A DNA stretch of 64,000 bases from contig CAWDPM010000001.1 of assembly GCA_963804185.1 (NCBI GenBank), forward strand, positions 60,822 through 124,821, in the 5' to 3' direction. Under the pieces are notes generated by a model that had not been told where the DNA came from, did not search any database, and was given only the letters and a program-made list of their open reading frames with translations. Source of the stretch: an uncultured Candidatus Rokubacteria bacterium. Its GTDB lineage: Bacteria > Methylomirabilota > Methylomirabilia > Rokubacteriales > DASRDR01. Positions 37,078 through 46,674 of this stretch are shown here, piece after piece. The translations under genes and the position numbers were made by a program. How positions within the stretch are numbered: the first letter of the stretch is position 1; every line of letters begins with the position of its first letter.

Positions 37078-38085
37078 TCAGCTTTTCAACTCCCGCTTGA
37101 GCTCGTTGAGGAACCGCCAGTCGGTGCCCCCGGCCAGGATCTTCTGCGGTATTGACCTGATCATCCCAGCCTCGTGCAGGCGCAGGGCGTAGAAACGGAT
37201 GGTGTCCTCGGGGTTGAAGTCCCGCCACTTGCCCCAGGGAAGATCTCGCATGAGCTGGCGGGCATACTCCGCCTCCCTGACGTACCCCCCGTCGACGAGT
37301 ACCCGTGCCGCGCGCTCAGGCTCGAGCGCGCAGATGTCTGCGGCCTTCAGGATCGCGCGGAGGGCACGCTTGGCGGCGACGGGGTGACGTCGGACAAAGT
37401 CTCGGTTACCCGTCACCATACAGCAAAAGTACTGGGCCCAGGGCCGATCGACCGCGCTGTTGAGCACGACGTGGCCGATCCGTTTCGCTCTCAGCTCCTG
37501 AGGATCGGGCGGAAACCCCAGATACGCATCGATCTTTCCGGCGGCCAGCAGCCGCTTCGCTTCCACGGACGGGTGGAGAACCCAGTTCACGTCCTTCCCC
37601 GGGTCCAGTCCGACGTACGTCAGCATGCTCGCCAGGAACGCGTACTGGCTCGAGTTGAGATCGAGCACGGCCACCGTCTTGCCCTTCAGATCGCGGATGG
37701 CCCGGACCCGGTCCGTTCCGAACAGCTCGAAGCACCCGACGTGTCCACCGGCGAGGATGACGATCGGATCGCCGGCCTCCAGCCTCAACACCAATGGCGC
37801 AGCGAAGTGCAGGTTGATGTCCGCTTCACCGGAAGCGAGCGCCTTCTCGATGACGGCGATGCGGTCCGCCTTGGCATACGAGACATGAGCGAACCCTTCG
37901 GCGCGGAGCAGTGCCTCGGCGACGTATTGGGGTGCGTGGCACATGCTGGGACCGTGAACCAACCGAATCGTCGTCGTCTCGGGCGGCGGCTCACCGGCGG
38001 CCGATCGGGCATGTCGGCCGGCGGCGCCCATGGCGGCCACTCCGGTCAAGAAACCGCGCCGGCTCCAGAGATCACTCGCCCTCAT
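37078..38085 (-). CDS. Tat-signal periplasmic substrate-binding protein, NMT1/SsuA-like (paralogue 2)
   Basis: 335 aa, MRASDLWSRRGFLTGVAAMGAAG...; ends GTDWRFLNELKRELKS. Confidence 0.8.
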   Translation of the reverse strand: MRASDLWSRRGFLTGVAAMGAAGRHARSAAGEPPPETTTIRLVHGPSMCHAPQYVAEALLRAEGFAHVSYAKADRIAVIEKALASGEADINLHFAAPLVLRLEAGDPIVILAGGHVGCFELFGTDRVRAIRDLKGKTVAVLDLNSSQYAFLASMLTYVGLDPGKDVNWVLHPSVEAKRLLAAGKIDAYLGFPPDPQELRAKRIGHVVLNSAVDRPWAQYFCCMVTGNRDFVRRHPVAAKRALRAILKAADICALEPERAARVLVDGGYVREAEYARQLMRDLPWGKWRDFNPEDTIRFYALRLHEAGMIRSIPQKILAGGTDWRFLNELKRELKS

Positions 38086-38115
38086 GCGCCCTCCTCGTCC
38101 TCGTGCGCTGACGAA

Positions 38116-39123
38116 TCAGCCCTTCAGCTCCTTCTTCAGCTCGTTCAGGAAACGCCAGTCGGTGCTCTGCGCGATGATCTTTTTCGGACTCGACTTGATC
38201 ATCCCGGCCTCGTGCAGGCGCAGCGCGTAGAAGCGCACCGAGTCCTCGGTGTCATAGTCGCGCCAGTGCGCATACGGCACCTCGCGAACCAACTGCAGGG
38301 CCATCTCGTAACCCGATGCGAAGCCCCGGCGGGCCAGGAGGCGCGCCGTCGGCTCAGGACTGCTCGCGCACAGGGTCGCGCCCTTGAGGATGGCCCTCAT
38401 CGCCCGCTTCGTCGCCGCGGGATGCTTACGGACGAACTCGCGGTGTCCGGCCAGGATGCAACAGAAGTACGTCGACCAGGGCCGGTCGACGGTCATGTTG
38501 ACAACGACGTGCCCGATCCGTTTTGCGCGCATCTCGTAGGTCGCCGGAGGACCCTGTATGAATGCATCGATTCGCCCGTCGGCCAGCTGCTGTTGCGCTT
38601 TCGCGCTCGAGAGGACAACCCAGTTGATGTCGCGTTGCGCGTCCAGGCCCACGTGCGCCACCATGCTCGCGATGAACAAATGCGACGCGGAGTTCATGCC
38701 GGAAACGGCAACCGTCTTGCCCTTCAGGTCACGAACCGAGCGAACCCGGCTCGATCCAAAGAGTTCCTGGCAGCCCGGATGGATTCCGGCCAGCATCACG
38801 ATCGATGGATCCACATCCGCCTGCGCCACAAACGGTGCGATGAAGGCCATGGTCATGTCGATCTCGCCGGAAGCCAGCGCCGGATAGAGCTCGGTGGTGC
38901 TCGCCATCGGCACGTAACGCAGGTCGGAGAACCCCTCTGCGCGTAGCATCTCCTCCGCCACATACTGCGGGGCGAAACAGTTGCCGGGCATCTGGACCAG
39001 ACGGATTCTGCTCGTCTCCGGTGGCGGCTCCCCGGTGGCCTCCCGGGAAGCCCCTGCACCCACTCCCATGGCAGCCATTGCGCTCAGGAATCGTCGCCGG
39101 CTCAAGGTCTGGCCCGCTCTCAT
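38116..39123 (-). CDS. Tat-signal periplasmic substrate-binding protein, NMT1/SsuA-like (paralogue 3)
   Basis: ATG 39123 gives MRAGQTLSRRRFLSAMAAMGVGAG...; ends STDWRFLNELKKELKG. The upstream part of track ORF 38116..39402 is not supported. Confidence 0.8.
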   Translation of the reverse strand: MRAGQTLSRRRFLSAMAAMGVGAGASREATGEPPPETSRIRLVQMPGNCFAPQYVAEEMLRAEGFSDLRYVPMASTTELYPALASGEIDMTMAFIAPFVAQADVDPSIVMLAGIHPGCQELFGSSRVRSVRDLKGKTVAVSGMNSASHLFIASMVAHVGLDAQRDINWVVLSSAKAQQQLADGRIDAFIQGPPATYEMRAKRIGHVVVNMTVDRPWSTYFCCILAGHREFVRKHPAATKRAMRAILKGATLCASSPEPTARLLARRGFASGYEMALQLVREVPYAHWRDYDTEDSVRFYALRLHEAGMIKSSPKKIIAQSTDWRFLNELKKELKG

Positions 39124-40042
39124 CAGTCCGACCTCGCCTCGTTCACTCGGATTGAACCCACTTTTCGCTCTCCACTCTCGTGATTCTGGATGCACCAGCT
39201 CGCCAAGCCAAGAATACAAACGCGGGCGCCCCGTCCGTGTTCCGGCGAGCAGTGACGCAACGAGCAAGGTCCTACAACGCCTACCATACGAACGGCAACA
39301 AGGCGCCTCGGATGGTGTACTGACAAAGGGCACGGACGGAATTCTGGAGCCTGACCAATTGAGAACCGCGCGCGGTCGAAGTGTCTCGACGCGCATCGCC
39401 ACGTAGGTTGTCCAACGGGCCGAACGGTGGCGCTCACTTGCCCTCCTCGGCCGGACCGGACGCCTAGGACTCTACGTTGGGCGCACGAACTGGGTCAAGG
39501 GCCCGGGATGCGCTAAAATGGCGCGGCCGTGCGTACGCGGTGGCTGCCCAGGCAGGGTTCTGAGCCCACGCGGTGCGCGAGCGTCAACTGAGCGGCGTCG
39601 TAAGCCGGGCGACCGTCAGCGTCGAACCCACCAAGGCCAGCCTTTGAGACCTGGTGAGACGTCCCGTCGATAGAGAGCACCCATAGGTTGGCCAAGCTGA
39701 CGTCGCCGGGACGGAGCGGCCGGCCCCCCGAAGGATTGACGCAATGACCGACCCGGTGCGAAACAGAAGCTGGCAATGGGAGCAAGTGCTCTGGACGGCC
39801 TTCGAAGGATTCAGGGCTCGCCGATGACCGCGGCCGTATCGCGTGTCGTTCGACTTCATGGGATTGTCCACATCGACACTTGGAGAACTCGGTCCTAAGC
39901 ACTCGCTCAAGCGATCCAGCGCCTCGCCGGCGAACAGGAACAGGCCATTCGCTTACCAAGCGGTTAGTATCGGACGCATCGGGGGATCACCCAGTGTTCC
40001 GCACGCGGCGCGCCGGCTACGACGCCGGCCAGGAGGGACGAG

Positions 40043-40900
40043 ATGGCGGACGGACTGAAGCTGGCGCTGTTCGGGCTGCACCGTGGCAGCAGCGCCGACC
40101 CGGACATGCTCGGCCGGCGAGCGCGCCGGGCGGAGGAGGCCGGCTTCGAGTCGTTCTGGGTCGGTGACCACGTCGCGCTGCCGTCCGCAGAGGCCCAGGG
40201 CGTGGATCCGCCCGGGCAGCGCCGTCTCGAGGCCCTGGTCGCCCTGGCCTACATGGCCGCCCTGACGAGTCGGGTGCGGCTCGCTGTCGGCGTGATCGTG
40301 CTTCCCCAGCGCCAGCCGGTCCTGCTGGCGAAACAGCTCTCGACGATCGATGTCCTCTCGAAGGGGCGGCTGATCGTCGGCATCGGGGTCGGGTACCTGG
40401 AGCCGGAGCTGCGGGCTCTGGGCGCGTCACTCGCCGATCGGGGCGCCCGGACCGACGAGTACCTGGCCGCGATGCGCGCGCTCTGGGACGAACCGGCACC
40501 CTCGTTCGCGGGGCGCTTCGTCTCCTTCGCCGATGTCATCGAGCGACCGCGGCCGGTCCAGCGACCGCACCCGCCGATCGTGATCGGCGGCCACTCGCCG
40601 GCCGCGTACCGCCGCACGATCCAGGCCGGGAATGGCTGGCACGGCTGGGACCTGGACCTCGAGCAGACCGCCCAGGCGCTTGCGGCACTGCGCGAGACCG
40701 CGATTCGATACGAGCGCCCGGCCGGACTCGGCGAGCTCGAGATCACAATCACGCCGCGTGGCACCCCTGATGTCGACACCGCCCGCCGGTACGCTAGCCT
40801 CGGTGTGCATCGGCTGGCCATCCAGCCGCACACAATGGAGGGCTCCGCCATGGATGAGCTGATCACGACGGTGGGAGAGACGCTGGTCGGCCGGGTCTGA
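40043..40900 (+). CDS. LLM-class (luciferase-like) F420-dependent-type oxidoreductase
   Basis: 285 aa, MADGLKLALFG...EEAGFESFWVGDHVALP...GRLIVGIGVGYLEPE.... AGGAGGGA RBS. Confidence 0.75.
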   Translation: MADGLKLALFGLHRGSSADPDMLGRRARRAEEAGFESFWVGDHVALPSAEAQGVDPPGQRRLEALVALAYMAALTSRVRLAVGVIVLPQRQPVLLAKQLSTIDVLSKGRLIVGIGVGYLEPELRALGASLADRGARTDEYLAAMRALWDEPAPSFAGRFVSFADVIERPRPVQRPHPPIVIGGHSPAAYRRTIQAGNGWHGWDLDLEQTAQALAALRETAIRYERPAGLGELEITITPRGTPDVDTARRYASLGVHRLAIQPHTMEGSAMDELITTVGETLVGRV

Positions 40901-41063
40901 TGGGCGGCTTCGGGGCGGGCGGGCCGACTCGCACCGTTCGGCCTGAGCAGGCATCGCCGCGACCGGTACCTCCTGCGGAGCGTCGTGATACGCGGTCCAC
41001 TGGGCCCCACATGTAGCGCAGGTGAAACACTCCGGACACGCGTACAGTGCTAGGCTCGACGGC

Positions 41064-42644
41064 ATGCAGCAGCGCAGGCTCGTGTCGTCCACGGCGATCA
41101 GCCGCCGGGGCTTTCTCAGCGGGGTGCTGGCCGCGGGCGCCCTCCAGAACCGGGCGGCGACCGCGGTCGCGGCCTCACCGCCCCGCCCCACGGGCAACCC
41201 CTTCGCGCTCGGTGTGGCCTCCGGGGATCCGATGGCCGACGGGTTCGTCATCTGGACACGGCTGGCGCCGGATCCCTTGGCCGAGGGGGGCGGCATGCCT
41301 CCGGAGCCCGTCCCGGTGGAGTGGGAGGTTGCCCTCGACGAGAAGCTCCGCCGCGTCGTCCGCCGCGGGACCGTGGCCGCCCGCCCCGAGCAGGCGCATG
41401 CGGTGCACGTCGAGCTGCGAGACCTCGAGCCGGACCGCTGGTACTGGTATCGATTCCGGGCCCGCGGCCTGGTAAGCCCGATCGGGCGGAGCCGCACAAC
41501 CCCGCTCGCGGGCGCGCCCTTCGCCCGCCTGCGCTTTGCCTTCGCCTCGTGCCAGCACTGGGAGCAGGGGTACTTCACCGCGTACCGGGCGATGCTGGAC
41601 GACGGGCTGGACTGCGTCGTCCACCTCGGAGACTACATCTACGAGGGAGCGTCGTGGGCCGACGAGGTGCGGCGGCACGAAGGGCCGGAGCCCACGACCC
41701 TCCCGGAGTATCGTGCGCGGCATGCCCTCTACAAGCTCGACCCCGACCTCCAGCGCGCCCACGCGGCGTACCCCTGGGTGGTCACCTGGGATGATCACGA
41801 GGTCGACAACGACTACGCCTCGGCCCAGTCGCAGGACCGGGACCCGCCGGAGGAGTTTCTCCGACGACGCGCGGCCGCCTATCAGGCGCACTGGGAGCAC
41901 ATGCCGCTCCGACCGACGGCCCAGCCGCGCGGACCGGCCATGCGTCTCTACCGGCGGGTGACCTGGGGCGATCTCGTCGAGATGAGCGTGCTCGACACGC
42001 GCCAGTACCGCTCGGACCAGCCCTGTGGCGAGGGTCGGCCCGGCGGCGGGAACCTGGTCGATCGCTGTGCGGCCCGACTCGATTCCAGCCAGACCATGAC
42101 GGGGCCGGACCAGGAACGCTGGCTCCTCATCGGCCTCGCGCGGTCCCGTGCACGCTGGAACGTCATCGCCCAGCAGCAGCTCATGGCCGAGCTGCGCCAG
42201 CGGACTCCGGCCGGGGTCGAGGCCTACTGGACGGATGGCTGGGATGGCTACGCGGCGGCGCGGACGCGCATCCTCGCGCACCTCCAGGCGCAGCGCGTGG
42301 CCAACCCCGTGGTGATCGGCGGCGACATCCACTCCTTCTGGGTGACGGACCTGAAGACCGACTTCCGGGATCCGGACTCTCCGACCGTGGCCACCGAGTT
42401 CGTGGGCACCTCCGTCACGTCGCTCGGGGTCTCCTACGAGACGTTCGCCGCGCTGCTGCCCGAGAACCCGCACGTCCGGTTCTTCGAGAGCCGGCTTCGG
42501 GGCTACGTGCGGTGCGAGGTCAGCCCCGAGCGCTGGCTGACCGAGCTGCGTGTGCTGGACGACGTCCGCGACCGGCGCACCCGCACGAGCACCCTCGCGA
42601 CCTTCCTCGTCGAGAACGGCCGGCCGGGTGCGATCCGGGGGTAG
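41064..42644 (+). CDS. phoD: alkaline phosphatase PhoD (Tat-exported)
   Basis: MQQRRLVSSTAISRRGFLSGVLAAGAL..., FALGVASGDP, VHLGDYIYE, VVTWDDHEVDND. Confidence 0.85.
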   Translation: MQQRRLVSSTAISRRGFLSGVLAAGALQNRAATAVAASPPRPTGNPFALGVASGDPMADGFVIWTRLAPDPLAEGGGMPPEPVPVEWEVALDEKLRRVVRRGTVAARPEQAHAVHVELRDLEPDRWYWYRFRARGLVSPIGRSRTTPLAGAPFARLRFAFASCQHWEQGYFTAYRAMLDDGLDCVVHLGDYIYEGASWADEVRRHEGPEPTTLPEYRARHALYKLDPDLQRAHAAYPWVVTWDDHEVDNDYASAQSQDRDPPEEFLRRRAAAYQAHWEHMPLRPTAQPRGPAMRLYRRVTWGDLVEMSVLDTRQYRSDQPCGEGRPGGGNLVDRCAARLDSSQTMTGPDQERWLLIGLARSRARWNVIAQQQLMAELRQRTPAGVEAYWTDGWDGYAAARTRILAHLQAQRVANPVVIGGDIHSFWVTDLKTDFRDPDSPTVATEFVGTSVTSLGVSYETFAALLPENPHVRFFESRLRGYVRCEVSPERWLTELRVLDDVRDRRTRTSTLATFLVENGRPGAIRG

Positions 42645-42924
42645 GCGTGTCCCGGGACCGCCCGGACCACGCCCCTTGACCGGTAGTTCTTCTACGACGC
42701 GTGGGGCGATGCGGGAAGGGTTCATGCGGACTGGTAGCTGGTCGGGCGAAAGGCTGCGACCTCCGCGGCGTGACCCCTTGTGCGCCGCGCCGAACGCGTG
42801 GAATGGACGTCGGGGACATCACCGTCGCGAGCCTGCTTGGGGATGATGCGGGCGCGGTGATCTGACCGACCGCTCGACTGATGACCGGCCCGACAACGGC
42901 ATTAGCACCACGCGGGCATAGCCC

Positions 42925-43368
42925 TCAGGACGTCCAGCCCTCGCGGTCGAAGGCGTGCCTCAAGTGCCGCACGCCGGTGACGTGGCCGGTCTCGTCCAGC
43001 GACACCCCGACCACATCGAAACGGCAGGGCCGCTCGCCGAGCCGGCGCGCGGCGAGGTATCCCAGCGCGAGCCTGACGAGACGCGCGCGCTTCCGGGCAT
43101 CCACCGCGGCCTCGGGTGGATCGCCGACCCAGCTCCGGCGCGCCTTCACTTCCACGAACACGAGCGTCTGGCCGTCCCGGGCGACGAGGTCGATCTCGCC
43201 GAGTCGGGACCGCAGATTGCGGGCCAGGATCACCAGGCCGCGCCTCTTGAGGAAACAGGCGGCCGCCGCCTCCCCCACCAGCCCCAGGGATTGCGTCGGG
43301 AGGCGGGGGGGATCGCTCGGCGAGCCCATGCCCAACCGTCGTGCAAGGACCCGACCAGACCCGATCAC
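42925..43368 (-). CDS. yraN: YraN-family (UPF0102) endonuclease-like protein
   Basis: ...GEAAAACFLKRRGLVILARNLRSRLGEIDLVARDGQTLVFVEVKAR.... An alternative start at ATG 43329 is possible. Confidence 0.8.
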   Translation of the reverse strand: MIGSGRVLARRLGMGSPSDPPRLPTQSLGLVGEAAAACFLKRRGLVILARNLRSRLGEIDLVARDGQTLVFVEVKARRSWVGDPPEAAVDARKRARLVRLALGYLAARRLGERPCRFDVVGVSLDETGHVTGVRHLRHAFDREGWTS

Positions 43369-43434
43369 GTCCGATTACAGGCAGAAGACGCGATGTCGGG
43401 GCTTGCGGTGACGCCTGGTAGATACATCCCGTCT

Positions 43435-43580
43435 CCAGACACTGGCGGCGGCCCTCCGAGTGTCACCCGGGCGGCATGACTCGGCTCCAGAAACTGGCGC
43501 GGCGCTCCGAGTGTTACCCGGGCCGCATGACTCGGCTCCAGAAACTGGCGCGGCGCTCCGAGTGTTACCCGGGCGACATG
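43435..43580. repeat. 51-52-nt tandem repeat, about 2.8 copies
   Basis: ccaga[ac]actggcg[cg]ggc[cg]ctccgagtgt[ct]acccgggc[cg]gcatgactcggct, starting at 43435, 43487 and 43538. Confidence 0.85.
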
Positions 43581-43646
43581 GCCACCGAAGGTCGGCGAGT
43601 GACAGCGTGCACGGAGATCAACCGGGCTGAAGGCGGCGCCTCATGC

Positions 43647-43797
43647 GCGGTCGGAGACGAAGAGACCGGAGAGCGACGCGGTCGGAGACGAAGACCGGAG
43701 TGCGGCGCGGTCGGAGACGAAGACCGGAGAGCGGCGCGGTCGGAGACGAAGAGACCTGAGAGCGACGCGCTGGGACTCGAAGAAACCGAGAGCAACC
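43647..43797. repeat. 29-31-nt tandem repeat, about 5 contiguous copies with no spacers
   Basis: gcggtcggagacgaaga(ga)ccggag[at]gcg[ag]c at 43647, 43678, 43707 and 43736, with a degenerate copy at 43767. Confidence 0.85.
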
Positions 43798-43826
43798 CGC
43801 AGCGGTCGGCCGTTCTCCCGATCGCC

Positions 43827-44738
43827 TCAGCGCTCGGAGTCCGGCGAGGGCAGCTCCACACCCTCCAGAGGATCCGACTCCGGATGGTAGTACATCCACT
43901 CGACGGCACCCTCGGCGACCGTGCGATTGAGGGCGCGCGCCTGGCGCTCGCCCAGGTCGCGCATGATCTCCCCGGCGGGAGCGTGGCGCGCGACGATCAG
44001 GGCGTGCCGGGCGTCGAGCGGAACGCGGACCTCGTGGGAGGAGCCGAGGCCCACCTGGTAGAGCTTCACGGCGGCCGAGGGCGCCCAGAGCACGACGGGC
44101 GTGTCGCTCGTCAAGAGGGCCGGTGAGGGAAAGCGCACCACCTGCCACGTGCGCGCGGCCAGCTGACGCGCGAGCGCGGGCAGCGAGGCCAGCGACCGAC
44201 CGACCGCCGGCCGGCCCGGAAGCATCACGTCGGGCGCGTCCTCGTCAGGTGCCGCCGCCGGGGCCTGGGGCGTCGCGTCCTCGGCGTCCTCGCTCTCGGC
44301 ATCCTCCGACTCGGCCTCCTCGGACTCCTCTTCTGTCGCCTGGGCCTCCTCGATGGTCGAGACGATCAGCTGGCCCACGAGCGCGGCCGCCCGGCCGGCC
44401 TCGGCTCGGTGATACCGCCCGAGGAGCAGCTGCACGGCGAGCACGAGGGCGAGAGCCGCCCGGTCCGGGTCCCGCGGCGGGAAGGCGCCGGCGGTGATCC
44501 GCTGGACGGCCTCCGCGGCCAGCGTCTCCGACTCGGCCAGGAGGCGCGCAAGCGCCGGAGCATCGGCGCGACGGGCCGCGAGCGCGTAACCCCCGAGCGC
44601 CGTGACCGCGGCGTCCACGGAAACCAGCTGACGCCGCGTTCGGTCCCGCCGCTCGGCCATGAGCTGGCCGGCACGATCGGCGAAGCCCGCGAGGAGGAAG
44701 CGCGGGACGAGCGGGCGCTCCAGTGCGGGTTGGCTCAC
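43827..44738 (-). CDS. DUF4238-like protein with an internal acidic low-complexity insert
   Basis: GTG 44738 gives VSQPALERPLVPRFLLAGFADRAGQL..., later FPSPALLTSDTPVVLW. The insert is EEAQATEEESEEAESEDAESEDAEDATPQAPAAAPDEDAPD. The family assignment comes from remembered motifs only. Confidence 0.5.
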   Translation of the reverse strand: MSQPALERPLVPRFLLAGFADRAGQLMAERRDRTRRQLVSVDAAVTALGGYALAARRADAPALARLLAESETLAAEAVQRITAGAFPPRDPDRAALALVLAVQLLLGRYHRAEAGRAAALVGQLIVSTIEEAQATEEESEEAESEDAESEDAEDATPQAPAAAPDEDAPDVMLPGRPAVGRSLASLPALARQLAARTWQVVRFPSPALLTSDTPVVLWAPSAAVKLYQVGLGSSHEVRVPLDARHALIVARHAPAGEIMRDLGERQARALNRTVAEGAVEWMYYHPESDPLEGVELPSPDSER

Positions 44739-44739
44739 G

Positions 44740-45432
44740 TCAGAAGAGCGGCAGCTCGAGCGAGGAATCGTCCGGCTCGCTCCCGGCGCCGAAACCCACC
44801 CCGTGGAAGGAGCGTCGGTGGAGCGGGCACGGGCCCAGGCGCGACAGGACCTCGAGGTGGGCGGCGGTCGCGTATCCCTTGTGCTGCCGGAAGCCGTAAT
44901 CGGGATAGCGGCGGTCGGCGTGCACCATGAACGTGTCACGGGCGACCTTCGCGAGGATCGATGCCGCGGCGACCGAGGCCGAGCGGCGATCGCCCGCGAT
45001 GATGGCCCGCTGCTCGCAGGTCACGCCGGGAATCCGGAGGTGCCCGTCTACGAGGACGAGGCCCGGCGGGAGCCGGAGCCGTTCGAGGGCGGCCCGCATC
45101 GCGCACCAGGTGGCCTGCAGCACGTTGACCGTGTCGATTCGCCGCGGGCCGACGCGTCCCACCGCGAAGGCGAGCGCCCGGGCCCGGATCTCGCGCGCGA
45201 GCCGCCGCCGCTGCCGGCCGGTGAGAAGCTTGGAATCGCGGAGCCCGTCGACCGGCGTCGTCGGGTCGAGGATCACGGCCGCCGCGACCACCGGTCCGGC
45301 GAGCGGGCCGCGTCCGACCTCGTCCACTCCCGCCACCCAGAGCCCGCGCCCCCAGGCGCCCCGCTCCTGGGCGTAGAGGTCCTCCTCCAGCTCGAACAGG
45401 GCTGCCTGCAGGGGACCGAGGCGGCGGCGCAC
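44740..45432 (-). CDS. rnhB: ribonuclease HII
   Basis: 230 aa, ...VAGVDEVGRGPLAGPVVAAAVIL...DSKLL... Confidence 0.9.
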   Translation of the reverse strand: MRRRLGPLQAALFELEEDLYAQERGAWGRGLWVAGVDEVGRGPLAGPVVAAAVILDPTTPVDGLRDSKLLTGRQRRRLAREIRARALAFAVGRVGPRRIDTVNVLQATWCAMRAALERLRLPPGLVLVDGHLRIPGVTCEQRAIIAGDRRSASVAAASILAKVARDTFMVHADRRYPDYGFRQHKGYATAAHLEVLSRLGPCPLHRRSFHGVGFGAGSEPDDSSLELPLF

Positions 45433-45492
45433 AGGGCACGTCCACCCGGCCCGCCGGCCGGTCGCCGGCGAGCCGGGGAGCTCGTCGCGCGG

Positions 45493-45888
45493 CTACGCGT
45501 CGCTCGGGGCAGGTTTCGCGACGGCCGCGATGGGCCGCTCTTGCCGCTTCTCCCGCAGCCGGGCGGCCTTGCCGGTGCGCGCCCTCAGGTAGTAGAGCTT
45601 GGATCGCCTGACGTGTCCGGACTTCACGACCTGGACGCGCTCGACCCGCGGGGAGTGGAGCGGGAAGGTCCGCTCGACGCCGACCCCGTACGACACGCGC
45701 CGGACCGTGAAGGTCGCGCGCGCCCCCTCGCCCCGCTTCCGGATGATGATCCCCTCGAAGATCTGCACCCGCTCCTTCTCACCCTCGATCACCCTCACGT
45801 GGACCCGCACGCTGTCCCCGGGGACAAAGCCCCCGCGGTCCCGCTTGAGGGCACCCGCTTCCACCACCGCAATCGCATCGGTCGCCAT
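45493..45888 (-). CDS. rplS: 50S ribosomal protein L19
   Basis: 131 aa, ...[33 protein letters not shown].... Confidence 0.95.
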   Translation of the reverse strand: MATDAIAVVEAGALKRDRGGFVPGDSVRVHVRVIEGEKERVQIFEGIIIRKRGEGARATFTVRRVSYGVGVERTFPLHSPRVERVQVVKSGHVRRSKLYYLRARTGKAARLREKRQERPIAAVAKPAPSDA

Positions 45889-45924
45889 GTTCGTCTCCTC
45901 GGTGCGTCACCCGCCCGACCGGCG

Positions 45925-46674
45925 TCATTCATCCGTCCGCGTCAGCTCGCCGCTGCGCGTCATCTCGTCCATCCACTCGCCCTCCTCGCGCGTCAACGGC
46001 ACGGACCGAAGAAGGTCTGGGCGGCGCGCCAGGGTGCGTCGGAACGCCTCGCGGCGCCGCCACCTGGCGATCCGGCCGTGGTCCCCGGAGAGGAGAACCT
46101 CCGGCACCGGGAACTCCCGGAACTCGGCGGGCCGCGTGTACTGAGGGTAGTCGAGCCGCCCCGCAGCGAACGACTCCCGCGCCGCACCGTCCGGATCGCC
46201 GAGGACTCCGGGCAGCAGCCGGACCACCGCGTCCAGCACGACCATCGCCGGCAGCTCCCCGCCGGTCAGCACGTAGTCGCCGATGGAGAGCTCCTCGTCG
46301 ACGAGCTCTGTCCGGACACGCTCGTCGACCCCCTCGTAGTGCCCGCAGAGCAGCACCAGGTGCGCCTCCTTGGCGAGGCGCTCCGCTGCCGATTGCGTGA
46401 AGGTCGCCCCCTGGGGGCACAGGAGCACGACGCGGCTCTCCGATCCTCGCAGCGCCTCCACGGCGGCGAAGAGGGGCTCCGGCTTCAGGACCATGCCGCC
46501 GCCGCCACCGAACGGATAGTCGTCCGCGACTCGGTGCCGTCCCTCCGTGAAGTCGCGGAGGTCCACGACCCGCACGTCGACGGCGCCCCGCTCGCGAGCG
46601 ACGCGGAGCATCGATTCCGCCAGCACCGCCGACAGCATCGCGGGAAAGAGCGTCACCACGTCGATCCGGGTCAC
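45925..46674 (-). CDS. trmD: tRNA (guanine37-N1)-methyltransferase TrmD
   Basis: GTG 46674 gives [14 protein letters not shown]...[17 protein letters not shown]...[13 protein letters not shown]. It overlaps the rimM stop (GTGA). Confidence 0.9.
   Translation of the reverse strand: MTRIDVVTLFPAMLSAVLAESMLRVARERGAVDVRVVDLRDFTEGRHRVADDYPFGGGGGMVLKPEPLFAAVEALRGSESRVVLLCPQGATFTQSAAERLAKEAHLVLLCGHYEGVDERVRTELVDEELSIGDYVLTGGELPAMVVLDAVVRLLPGVLGDPDGAARESFAAGRLDYPQYTRPAEFREFPVPEVLLSGDHGRIARWRRREAFRRTLARRPDLLRSVPLTREEGEWMDEMTRSGELTRTDE

Noticed and set aside
39124-40042. tRNA, tmRNA, RNase P RNA or TPP riboswitch in the non-coding gap
   Set aside because: The GGGTTCAATCC-like string has no complementary T-stem. 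There is no GAGGAAAGTCCGGGC RNase P core, no tRNA-like CCA end for tmRNA, and no CUGAGA / ACCUGAUCUGGAUAAUGCCAGCG TPP core on either strand.
43647-43797. 29-31-nt repeats that have the length of CRISPR repeats
   Set aside because: The units are directly contiguous with no unique spacers. No cas genes or leader are present. It is a plain tandem repeat.
43476-44126. ORF with a repeated 17-aa peptide (MTRLQKLARRSECYPGR x2) across repeat family a
   Set aside because: Only one inter-copy spacing is a multiple of three (51 nt; the other is 52). There is no RBS, and the ORF continues antisense into the DUF4238 gene. It is most likely a by-product of the DNA repeat.
43369-44738. Mobile genetic element or prophage remnant carrying the DUF4238 gene
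   Set aside because: No integrase, transposase, att-like direct repeats or tRNA target is visible. Only the break in synteny and the tandem repeats are seen, so it is reported as an insertion of unknown origin rather than a mobile element.
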